Shown here: positions 22,936-34,299 of the stretch, piece by piece
Position numbering within the stretch: the stretch's first letter is position 1
How the letters are laid out: each line of letters starts with the position of its first letter
From: Girardia tigrina
Taxonomy: Eukaryota
Assembly: GCA_001938485.1 (NCBI GenBank)
Contig: MQRK01214000.1
Location: forward strand, 1-49,158
Direction of reading: 5' to 3'
DNA: 49,158 nucleotides
The notes under the pieces: model-generated
What the model saw: the letters and a program-made list of their open reading frames with translations, nothing else
What the model was told of the DNA's origin: nothing
Database searches by the model: none
Position numbers and translations under genes: made by a program

Positions 22936-24154
22936 ATAGCATATAGCTCCCATCACCTCTCGTCTTGACGGAGCATGCCCGTTTGGAGATTGTTCATATT
23001 CTGATGTCTCCACAGTTTTCACATCGTCTTCCATTTCGTTGAACTCCATCGCTGCCATGTTCCTAGAGTTACCGCTGAACCTTCTGTCGCGTTCACGGGG
23101 TTATCTTTCTGTCTTTGTCTTTTCTGAAAACATTGATAACTAAAATGTCCCCGTTTTTTTACAACCGGAGCAAGTGATATTTGGGCATTCCTGTCTGACG
23201 TGGCCATGTTCTTTACACGCATAACATTTCACTTGCCGATTGGGGCAATTTCTCCTAATATAACCTTTTCTTTGGCACGACCAGCAGATTAGGTTTTTTT
23301 GATATACTCCCTTTCCTGGCATTCGTCTCTGCATGCTGTTCCATCGTTCATTCCTCACTGGCGCTGGAAAATCTTGCTTCTGTTTAACAATTGTCGCATA
23401 TGTGTGTCTTATCTGAATCGTTGAAATGTCTTGGGCTTCTTCCTTCTCGAGAATATACATTTTATTAATAATATCTTTAATTTGATCGACTTCCACTGCG
23501 TTTCTGAGAGTTAATTCCCTTTTTATAGCATTGTTTTTTGTACAATGTACCAAAAAGTATGAATTAAGTTCTGTTTCATTCCACTTGTGCTTCATCAACT
23601 TCTTAACCATTAATTCAATTTTATCAAAATATACCTTTGCACAATCCGACCCTTTTTCATTATTGTATAAGGATATAAAATCTTGTATTAGAGATAAAAA
23701 TCTTGTCTTGTGAACGCTTTTCTTAATCTTTCCTCGAATTCTGTTATCTTCGGGTCCACTGATTCGAATATGGTGATTAAATCTTTGGTGATGAACACTT
23801 TGACCAAAATTCCTTGCAGGTGTTGATCCGTGCCTGATACTTCAAAAAATCTCTTGCATTCTTTAATAAAATCTTCTAAATCTGAATCCGCTGCATACAT
23901 TGTCGGAACCAAATTTTGTAAATAATTAGGCGGGGTCGCCATGTTAGAACACAAGAATAATTTATGAAGATTTATTTATATCAAAATCAAAATTGTGAAC
24001 AAAACTCAATTATTAAAACAACACACTATAAATTAATTTAATATTTAATTAAATTAATTTCGAGAGACTTCAGAAATTTCTAGAATCGATAGTTAATATT
24101 GATTTTAATAGATTATAGTATTAAGATAAATTATAATAAAGATAATTCCTCACA
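22936..24154 (-). mobile_element. Ty3/Gypsy 5' fragment: LTR (23942-24154), PBS, frameshifted gag with tandem CCHC zinc knuckles
   Basis: LTR TGTGAGG...CTAACA containing AATAAA, then PBS TGGCGACCCC. Gag MATPP...; knuckles CWSCQRKGYIRRNC, CYACKEHGHVRQEC and CSGCKK/GHFSYQC; ends PNGHAPSRREVMGAICY*. Confidence 0.9.
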
Positions 24155-25065
24155 GTAATAACTTGATTACGATAAAAGATATTGCAAAATAAATTGCATA
24201 TTCTTAATCAGCATAAAAAGATCCACAAATGAGACCAATTTTATTACGAAATTCGAAGTTGCGTAATTTGACATTTGTTGTGTAATTACATAATGATGCG
24301 AGACTTTTAGACCCCACATGTTTCGTACCATAATGTTCATCTTCATGAGTAGATTCTGAATATGTAAAATTTAGTGCATCGAACCCATTGGGACACCCTG
24401 TATAAAGAATACTTTTTTGTCAGTTAACAGTGCATTTGGAGAATGCGATGATTAAAAGTTTAAATAAATGATACATTTTGTGGCGCAATTTTAATTCTTT
24501 GTTGTGAAAATATATTTTTTTATAATTATAATGAAGAGTTACTTAAAAATTTTACTTGTCAAATATTTTACGATTTTTTAATTTTTTGGGTTCCCAAAAA
24601 TTCATTCGTTGTTTTGAATTTTTCTTCCGGTTATTAGAAGTTAGAGAATATGAGAGTGATGAATGTTTGTAATGTTTGAATGGTGTGTATTGATTTGGAA
24701 TTGTGTCTCACCTACCCAGATAAATAATTAATCTCAAGATTATTCGTAAGATAATCAATCAATAAACCATCTTTCTAAAACCTGAAAATCGTTGCCATAA
24801 ACTTATCGGCCTATTGAACAGTTTTAGTCTTATTTGGTGCACTTCCACCAGCTTCAATCCATTGTTTGGGCTGTTGTCTTATGTGGAGAGGGCGCCGCAT
24901 CATCTTCGTGAGACTTCAACAGGCCCGATCGCCAGAAACGGATCCTAAGAATTGGATAGAGAACAAAGCACTGCCAACAGTAATAATTTACCGAATTTTG
25001 ATGGCGCTTGGATACTGTGGGGACCGCCATCAAACCCGCAAGTAATCTTGGCACCGGCGTTAGAA

Positions 25066-25371
25066 TTAATTGTGTGTTGTCGCCGGAGTTTGCAACTCGA
25101 TCGTGTAATTATCGGCAAATCGTTCGCTTGTCGTCTTGTCGATGTTGAAATTCGATGAATTATCGGACGAGTTGCTGTGGTGAATGTTCAATGACGTAAA
25201 TCCACTGGTTTTAAGAAAATGTTCTCTTCGTCGTCTCCAATGGTTATTATTTTTACTATTGCCGCTGATATTATTCGAATTCAACGGTTTATTTTGATCG
25301 ACAAACGATGGATGATAGCGTTTTCTCGTCGAACGATTTATTTTATTGATGTTGGTCGAAAAAATCGTCAT
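25066..25371 (-). CDS. Hypothetical N/S-rich orphan protein (101 aa) in a GC-elevated island
   Basis: ATG-initiated ORF, higher GC than flanks, in-register antisense frame largely open. No recognisable domain. Confidence 0.35.
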   Translation of the reverse strand: MTIFSTNINKINRSTRKRYHPSFVDQNKPLNSNNISGNSKNNNHWRRRREHFLKTSGFTSLNIHHSNSSDNSSNFNIDKTTSERFADNYTIELQTPATTHN

Positions 25372-25949
25372 TTAAGGCAATCAAACATTCATAGCATAAA
25401 TTCAAGGAGTTATTCTCAACTTGATATCGGTTTAACGGAAACTTTTTCGGTAAAAGATTATATAATTATTATAATAGAAAATTTGAATTATCGAAAAATT
25501 TATTTGTATATTAAAACAATTTTTCTAACAAAATCAATTTACAGCATTAATTTGTTCCATTGTTGCCGGTTAATTTTTTCTAAATCAATAACAATATTTA
25601 ATAGAAAAAAAAATTATTTATCGGTGAAAAAGGTTTTTTTATTTTGAAAGTGAAAGAAAAAGTAAAATTGATTAATATTGTAAGAATTTTCCATCAATAA
25701 GTAATAAGACAAACTAAATTTCAAAATTTATTCTTATTTCAAAAAGAGCGCGTTTTATGTTTATTTAAACAAAAAGCATCAAGAGACTTAATTCAGAATA
25801 TTTTGATCCATTATTATAATATTGTAAATGTTATCTTAGTATAGTAAAAATAATATAGATATAAATATAGTTATTTATCCTTACAAATATTAAAATTTGT
25901 TTAATAATTATTTTGTGAATTAACAATTTCTTATTTATAAAACAAAAAT

Positions 25950-26470
25950 GTGTTAGTTACTGGCCACTACATATTGTTTTTGAGGCATCATGGTAGATCC
26001 ATGTTTTATCAACAGTCATGAAACGACATTTAAAATTCATTTTATTTTATCTAAAACGATCCAAACAAACTTGAGAATTTCTCATTCGAAAGCATTCTTG
26101 ATGGATCGTTAACAAATGCGACACCCATCGTGTGTAATTCTTTTTGCAAAATATATTCAACTCGATCATTTGTGGTGCCCATGGCATCAGCTATTTGAAT
26201 TACTTTGAATCGTTGATCATCTAACACCATATAATGTACTTCACGAACGATTTCTAGTGTTTTGCAGTTTTTGGTCGTCCACTACGTGGTTTATCTTCAA
26301 TGCTTTTATGACCACGTTTAAATTTTGAATTATAATTTTTACTGTGGCATAAGAAGGAACACTTTCACGTATCACATTTACCATATCAGTATGAATTTTA
26401 ATGAATTTAATCCTTTCATCAATAAATAATAAATTACATTACAGTCGGATTCATGAATTTATTCATTACT
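25950..26470 (-). mobile_element. Degraded mariner transposase N-terminal fragment
   Basis: Minus strand contains FKRGHKSIEDKPRSGRPKT and LDDQRFKVIQIADAMG, resembling the mariner HTH region. Many disruptions. Confidence 0.7.
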
Positions 26471-28584
26471 AAAAAAATGATGTCAAGTCAATTTTAAACA
26501 GATTTTAAATATAGAAAGAAATGACACTATTAAGAAGACTAATTTCTTATAAAATTTATTTCAAAATTATATTTATAATAATTTATCATAAAAATATCAA
26601 ATTTTAATCTTCAACAAGCATTTTATTTAAAAAATTATTTCTTAAAAATATTATAAATTTTAATTTATTTATTATTTACTTTAAAATTCTTATTTTTAAA
26701 ATTTTATTAATTACTTTCTTATTGAAATATATCAATTGTTATTTACATAAACATTTTTTGGTCTTATATATTTATTTAATTTTTGTTTGTTTTTCATTTA
26801 AAAATCATTTTTAACTTTTAATATTTTAAAACCTGTTAAATGAATTTAACTTTTTTTAAAAACAAACTTTTTATTAAACAAAATCTTAAATTATTTGGCA
26901 AGTGAAAATTTTTACTCATAATAATTGTGAAGAATATTTTAAATTGTATGAATGTGTGATTATCCCACACAGATAGAAATTGGTATTTTTGTTTGAATAT
27001 TCTAACATAAATAACAATAACGAAATGATAATAATTTGATAAGTTTAAATTTTTAAGATTAAAAAATAAAATAAAATTTAATTTTTTAAAAAAAAGGAAA
27101 AGCTATTAAATAGATATAAATTTAACTAATAAAATTTAAAGTTAATTTCATTTTTCATAATTTGATAACACATATTATTTTGAATTTTTATAGAGAAATC
27201 GTTAAAATAATAATTTTAATAAATATGATTTTCGAAATTAAATATTATCACAAGATTTAGAAAAATTATTCAAAGAATCATTATTAAAAATAGAAATAAA
27301 AAAACAATGAGAGCGATGTCAAACGCTTAAAGATCTTCCAAGAGTTGTGAGACAATATTCAAATGAAAATTGTCTCAATGTTCTTAACAGTAATAAGAAA
27401 CAATCAAAGTACACAACAAAATTTAAAATTGCGCCAAAAAATGTCTTATTTATTTAAACTTTTAATTTTTACTTTAAAAAAATAATATGTTTGTAAACAT
27501 CCTCAGAATTCATATTAAAAGTTGATTCCGACATCAAATCCAAATTTTATTATATTATTATTTTATTATTTTCACAATCAAGTAATTAACATTAATATTT
27601 AAACAAACTTGGTTATTTGAGAAACAATTTGTTTTATAAATCTTAAACAGGTAAAAATAATATTAATAATATTAATATTTGATGTTATTTTAATTTAATA
27701 AATTTTAACTTTTATGAATTTTATCAATTTAAAATTGCGATAACATTATCAAATACTTAATCATTTAGTAAAATATTATTAATTAAAAAATCTCTATTAT
27801 CATTCCTTTAATAATTAATTTCAATCAAAATTTTTACTTTTAAATTAAACGACCATGGTCAAAGTTTATAAATTTAAAAATTTATATTATAATTCTTATA
27901 ATTTTATTTTTATCAAATTTTATATTTTTAAATTAAAAGAATATTATCAATCATTTTAAATTTTCGATAAATTTTATTAATTTTAAAATTTCATAAACAA
28001 TCATCAAATTTTTTATCAATTTTTTACATTTTGATTGGTATATTTTATGTTACATTCTTTCAAAAGGTAACAATTTTTCAAAACAATTTACGTTAAAATT
28101 TTCCAATTATAAATTCTACAATATCTTTTCGGTAATACTCCGAATTTTTAAATTTACATATTAAAAAACGAACTTTCAAAAGGTTTTAAATAATAGTTTT
28201 ATATTTTAGTTTTGATGAAATAATAGGAAATGTTTTTTATAGATATTTTTTCTAATTAATTACTTATTTTTTTAATATTTCTTTTTGTTCTAAATTTAAA
28301 GCTCTCAAAAAAGTTTTTTTAAGATTTTAATATTTTTATTTATTTTTTTCACAATAGAATCAGTTGTTTTATCAGCTTATTAGATTTTTTTCAATAATAA
28401 ATATAATATTAAAAGTTCTTGGCAAAAGTTGAATTTGTATTTATGCCTCTAAATCATAAAGTAATACATATTTTATTTGCTATCAAATAAATTTATATAA
28501 AAAGAATATTTTTGAAAGTAAATTTTATTTTTATTAATTATATTTTGAAAATATTCATTTTTTGTTATTTTGTAATTAATAATT

Positions 28585-29604
28585 TTAATTGACTTGATAC
28601 TTTTTTGGACGTCCGCAACGAGAAACTTTTTTTTGAGAATTATTTGGATCAACAGATTTTTTTGGTCTTCTTTTTGGATTGCTTTGAAATTCTAACAGGA
28701 AATTAGAGTCATTTTTCGAATGATGAGAAAACAATTGAGAATACAAGTTTTGGAGGTCGTCAAAAGAAATTTGAGAGTCATTATTTTCTTTAGAACAAAT
28801 TTCTTTATTCAATGAATCTTCTAAATTGTTGTCACACTTGTCTTCATTATTATTTAAAATAATTTCAGGCTCTTTTATAATATTAGTTATACTATTGTTT
28901 AAATTATTTTCTTGATGTAATGTATTTTGAGGAGCTTCAGAAAAAGATTCTTTATTTATCATTTCGTCCGTATGTTCAGACAGTTTCTTAACAAATTCGA
29001 GTATTTCTTCATTTTCTTGATGTAATGTATTTTGAGGAGCTTCGGAAAAAGATTCTTTATTTATCATTACGTCCGTATATTCAGAGAGTTTCTTAACAAA
29101 TTCGAGTATTTCTTCATTTTCTTGATGTAATGTATTTTGAGGAGCTTCAGAAAATGATTCTTTAGAATTTTCTTTTTTCTTTATCATTTCGTCCGTATAT
29201 TCAGATAGTTTCTTAACAAATTCGAGTATTTCTTCATTCGTATGTGAAAAGTCTTTTTTTGGTATACAAGTTCTTGGACGTCCTCTTTTACGACCAGTTT
29301 CTCTTTTTTTAGTTTTATTAAGATCAATGTTTCTTTTCGGTCTTCCTTTTGGTCGGCATTGATAATCTGAAGGATAATTTTGATTGTTTTGAGAACTGTT
29401 CAAAAAACATTGTTGATTTATGTTATTGTTGGTTGTGGTTGAATACATCGTCATATTATTTTTTGATAAAGAATTATAATTGCTGGAATAATTGTTTTGG
29501 TAAAATATGTTAAGGTATCGTTTAGTTAAAGAGTCTTCAGAAATGGATTTATTGTTGGACGTTGTGTCCATATATTCTGACTTGCTAGAAATAGAGTTTG
29601 TCAT
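28585..29604 (-). CDS. Orphan multi-AT-hook protein, copy B (339 aa)
   Basis: Near-identical to 16832-17845 outside the repeat array, which here is 40+35+35 aa at 28909-29238. Confidence 0.85.
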   Translation of the reverse strand: MTNSISSKSEYMDTTSNNKSISEDSLTKRYLNIFYQNNYSSNYNSLSKNNMTMYSTTTNNNINQQCFLNSSQNNQNYPSDYQCRPKGRPKRNIDLNKTKKRETGRKRGRPRTCIPKKDFSHTNEEILEFVKKLSEYTDEMIKKKENSKESFSEAPQNTLHQENEEILEFVKKLSEYTDVMINKESFSEAPQNTLHQENEEILEFVKKLSEHTDEMINKESFSEAPQNTLHQENNLNNSITNIIKEPEIILNNNEDKCDNNLEDSLNKEICSKENNDSQISFDDLQNLYSQLFSHHSKNDSNFLLEFQSNPKRRPKKSVDPNNSQKKVSRCGRPKKYQVN

Positions 29605-29967
29605 TTTTGATTAAATTATTAATAAAATGTTGTTTATGAAATAATATTAATAAATCAAGCAAATGGAAAAATTTATAAAATATTTTTTATTAAATTCAAA
29701 ATTTATTGGATAAAATTATTTTTTTAATTATAAATTAAAAAAAATATAGTTTAAAATAAATATAAATATCGAAATATTGAAGTCGGAATTAATGGTTCCT
29801 TAAAATTAATTTACTAAATGGATGTATTAAAATTTGAATAATATTTGCCGGTGATCAAATTAACTTCTGGAAAAAATAAAATATTAATTTAGCATATTGA
29901 TAAAACGAAATCTGGATGATAATTTTCTTTTAAAAACAACACTCATCCATTAAAAAATATATTTATA

Positions 29968-30006
29968 GACAATATATTTCGACGGATCTACCGTCATCTT
30001 CAGGTC
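29968..30006 (-). ncRNA. Minimal type I hammerhead ribozyme motif
   Basis: Minus strand GAC-CUGAAGA-U-GACGG-UAGAU-CCGUC-GAAA-UAUA-UU-GUC: stem I GAC/GUC, 5-bp stem II, palindromic AAUAUAUU at stem III. Confidence 0.78.
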
Positions 30007-30257
30007 ACTATTTAATAATCAATTCACCTGTATATAAATACAAAAATGATGATTATGTAATCGATTGCATGAAATCATGCTAATCAAAAATTCTCAATAA
30101 GCTGGTTGAGACTGCCGATTGAACATTGATTTTAGGGCAACGTGACCTAATTAACAATGCTTCACACGACACTCTCTCCCAATAACTGTCAAAATGCTCA
30201 CAGAATTTTGAAATTATCAAAATTAACATCACAAAATTAAATTAACATCGGAAATTC

Positions 30258-30443
30258 TTATTAAAAAAATAATTTATAATTGAATGATTTAAAATTAAAG
30301 AAAAACTTATTTAGGAATTGAATTTTTACAGGACATGTCCATTAAAATATTTATAAAGATCTAAATTAATATTACAATAAATAAACATTGTAAAAATTAA
30401 TAAAACAAAAACAAAATATGATTTATGCAAAATTGAATGAAAT

Positions 30444-30446
<3 letters not shown>
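30258..30446 (-). repeat. Outer right arm of inverted duplication (pairs with 15140-15320)
   Basis: Reverse-complement similarity to 15140-15320; abuts a (TA)n run. Confidence 0.8.
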
Positions 30447-30481
<35 letters not shown>

Positions 30482-31636
30482 TTTAAAGTAAAAACATTTT
30501 AAATTATCTAAGATTTGATTAAAACTAATTGAAATTATTAAAAAGTTTGGGACAATTACTCAATTTTACGAAATAGTAAATTAATTTTTATCTAATTATA
30601 TTTTGTGTAGTAAGTTTTTTAACATTAATTTTAAATATATTTTAATCAAAAATGTATAATTAAACTTTTTTTTAATTTTAGAAAGGGTTTTTTTAATATT
30701 ACTTTTTAAAATAAAATATTTAAAATTTTATTGAATGCTATTAAATGCAATATAAATGATATTGTTTACGAAATTAAGACATTTATTATTAAAACATTTA
30801 ATAATATCACATTTAGATTCATCACAACTCTCGGAAGATCGTTCTCCGTTTGACATTGCTCTAATTGGTATTTTTAATCATAATTATTCGAACAACTTCC
30901 AAGTCACTTTAAAATATTTATTATTTTTAATTTCTAAAAATATGTATTAAAATTAAGAATTTTAACCATTTCTTTATAAGAAATTTGAAAATAAAAATAT
31001 TTTATCAAATTGTAAAAAAAATAATTAAATTTAAATTTCATTATATTAAACATATAGAAATATTTAAAATATTTAAATTTCAATAGTTTGTTTTACATTC
31101 ATTTAAATACTTTTTGTAGCGTATTAAAAGTCCAAATCGATTAGTTTTTATTTAATCTAACATAGAAAGATACATATAAATCATCATAATACAAAGCGAT
31201 GCATAATTTGAAAAGCGCGTTATAAATGACGACAATTATTCAAACAAAATCATAACACTTTTCTTTTCTTTAATATTAAATTTTATTTTAATGATTAATT
31301 TCAAAAATTTAAACTTATCTCGTCATTATCATATTGTTATTATTATTTTAATTATGTTCAAATAGTCAATTAACACAAAAAATACCGATTCCGATCTGGG
31401 CGAGATAATCACCATTCTAACTTCAACATACTCGAATCAACACATTGCATTCATGCATTTCACACATTTATACAATTTAACATATTCGTCACATATAAAA
31501 AGGTTGAATAGAATATTAGGGTTAATAAGTTTAAGATTTTAATGTAGTGGTTCACAACGTGGGTGATGTCGCGGGAAGAATGGATCTTAAGTTGAAACTA
31601 TATGACAAATGGTTTATTTCTTATGTCATATAATGT

Positions 31637-33101
31637 GGTGTCTTCTTTTTTCGCCCATATTTTTTTGCGCAAATTTTTTTTCGCCAAATTTTTTTCTCTC
31701 CTAAATTTTTACTCGCCTAAATTTTATTTTCCTAAACTTTTTTATTATTTTCTATCCAATTTTTACTTTTTACTTTCAGAATGGGTTTGTGTAAATGAAC
31801 TTTGTACTGCAAAGTTACACACATATAATTTAAATACATGTAAGAAGATTGGAGAACATAATCACACTTTAAATGAATTTTCTCCTTATATTAAAGATTT
31901 GAAGACTATAATTATCGAACGAATAGCCACGGATCCGTTCGAAAAGCAAAAAAAACGTATATGATAAAAGCTTAATACAGCTATCTTCAACATTTGAAGA
32001 AGAATCAGCAAGAAATACAATATTTGCAAATGTCGGAAATTTTGAAAAATACAGAAATATGATATACGAAGAAGACCATAAATTTTATCCAAGACAAAAC
32101 GATAATAGAAATAGTTTTATATTTGACAGAGAAAAGGCAGTTACTATCGATGGAAGAGATTTTATAATGGTTGATTTATTTAGTGAGGAAAATAAAATTG
32201 TATTTCGGGATGTTGAATTTATTAGATTATTTAACTGAGTCAATTGCAGACTGATTGTAGATGGGACATTTAAGACTTCGTCCTCTCAGTTCTATCAGCT
32301 TTTAATAATACATGCTATGAGAGGTGAAGACAGATTTCCAATTCTATACAGTTTCTTAAATAATAACAATCATCAAACATATTCAACGATAATTTTAAAA
32401 ATTACACATAAATTAGAAGAGCTAAGAATAGAAATAAGGCTAGGAACAATCCATATTGATTTTAAGGCAGCATTATTTAATGCTCTTAGAACTAATTTTC
32501 CATTAGTTGAGATGAAAGGGTGTTACTTTCATTTTGCACAAGCAGTATGGAGGAAATGCATGGAACTTGGTTTTAAACCTTTATATTATTCGAACTTTCG
32601 TTTCAAAAGAATTATTAATTTTACATGCGCTTTTCCTTTGGTTAGTAATTTAATTCAAGACGCATGGTCCATAGTATTGGAAATTAGAAATAGTATTGAT
32701 ATAGATATTTCCAATTTTATAACATATTTTGAAAGTACTTGGCTCAATGTAAATAGATCTGTATTTAGTATAACGGTGTGGAATCATTTTTTAAACCCGG
32801 GACCAAGAACTAATAATAGCGCTGAAGGGTTTAAGCTTGTAAGAGCCATAAATAAGACAAGACCAAACTGTTTAATAAAAAATTATCTGTCACGTACCAA
32901 TTTTTCGTCATAAAAATATGGAGTAATAAATGTGTAAATAAATGAAAAAAAGTCTTCAGTGAAATAGAATTGCACTAAATAAATTTGACAAAAGGAAGAT
33001 AAAATGGGCAAAAGAAATTAAACGTAAGAAAATTTGGCAAAAATAATTTGGGCGATAAAAAATTAAGGCGAGAAAAAATTTGGGCGAAAAAGGATGGAAC
33101 C
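31637..33101 (+). mobile_element. Mutator-like element (MULE), defective, FLYWCH-type transposase
   Basis: 9-bp TSD atataatgt/atataacgt (1 mismatch). TIRs GGT..TTTTTCGCCCA with arrays of ttttcgcc(c)aaa. Remnants WVCVNELCTAKLHT..GEHNH, VDGTFKT..FYQL, HIDF, GCYFHFAQAVWRK and WNHF..PRTNNSAEG. Confidence 0.92.
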
Positions 33102-33419
33102 ATATAACGTATATCAGTTAGACTATAAAAACAAAAGTGGGAAATCTTCCATACTGTCAATAAATAAATTTTAATTTAAATAAATTTCATGTATTTTTTC
33201 AGAACTTTGGCTTTCATGATTCTATCTATACTTTCTATTGTTTTTGAAAAATTATAATTGTGAGAAAATTAAATATTAAAAAATTATTAAAAGTTCTTTC
33301 TTAATAATTTGTTTGAATACATTTATTTTTGTTTTATAAAACTTTGAAAACAATTCTTACTTAAAACTTTAAATGGAAGACTTTAAATTTTATCTGGAAA
33401 CTGATCCGATTAACATGTC

Positions 33420-33880
33420 GACTATGCTAACTTCTACTTCAGATTTTATTTTATCGAAAATCTTTATAACAGGGATGTTCTGAATCGATTTTTAACACAG
33501 ATTAATCGTTATTTTGATGTTACTAATAAGTCCAAAAATCTAGAGAAAATTTGATCCATTGTATGATGGACATAAAACTAATCGAGGAATATGAGATAGC
33601 GGCTCGCAAATCCGATGGTTTGGAAGACGGGTTAAGCATAGCTTTCGAAAGACTCTAAAATATAATCAGAGATTGAGATGATTTGTTCCAATATCGCTGA
33701 AAATCTCAAAATATTCAAACATATATATAGAAGGTTATGGAAAAAGGTTCTATCTCAGGTGTTTACGGGAGAAAAACTGGCTTTCTATTCTGATACAGTG
33801 CATCAAGGATAGAGATAGCTAAATAATCTCAAATGCGTGAATTAGATATCGGAGATATTGAAATCTCTCATCAAGAAGGA
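33420..33880 (+). mobile_element. Highly decayed Gypsy gag remnant
   Basis: Fragments LNRFLTQINRYFDVTN, MMDIKLIEEYE..LEDGLSIAFER and LIQCIKDRD align loosely by eye with the Gag at 23140-23942 (LEDFIKECKRFFEVSG, FEERLRKAFTR, FLVHCTKNN). Confidence 0.4.
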
Positions 33881-33979
33881 TGGTATACATAAACTATATA
33901 TATATAACATTAAGATATAATGGCAATTTATTTATAAAAAAAAATGAATAACAAACGCCATTTAAACAGTTTTTTATTT

Positions 33980-34020
33980 TTCAAAACATGTTTCGCCATT
34001 AAGGCATCATCAGTTGTGAA
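33980..34020 (-). ncRNA. Minimal type I hammerhead ribozyme motif
   Basis: Minus strand CAA-CUGAUGA-U-GCC-UUAAU-GGC-GAAA-CAUG-UU-UUG. Flank is homologous to the copy at 3775-3850. Confidence 0.75.
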
Positions 34021-34299
34021 GTAAATATATATATCTATATATGGTCTCGTCGGTGCCACTCAATTGCTTCTGTTGCTAGTTTACTCTGTTTATTTCTCAT
34101 CGTAGTGGTTGTGTGTATGCTCTTATGATTACCTATTGAATTAAGCCGCACCAAAAGTCGGTTCTACTTCACCGACAAAATGTGAATACCAACCAACATA
34201 GATATTACGTCCATTCCAAAGAGAATCTCCACACCTATTCCTCTTAAATTCCTAGCCATCAGTACCCAACACCGCAACTGGTGCCCAGTTAAGTCTACC

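Noticed and set aside
24854-25054. YYCWQC...FWRSGLLKSH as a C2H2 zinc finger
   Set aside because: Cys-His spacing is wrong, there is no second His, and the CxxC falls in a candidate intron.
24952-25647. + frame open except for two TGA codons, suggesting recoding or selenocysteine
   Set aside because: It is the in-register antisense shadow of ORF 25066-25371, shows no recognisable protein, and other genes here fit the standard code.
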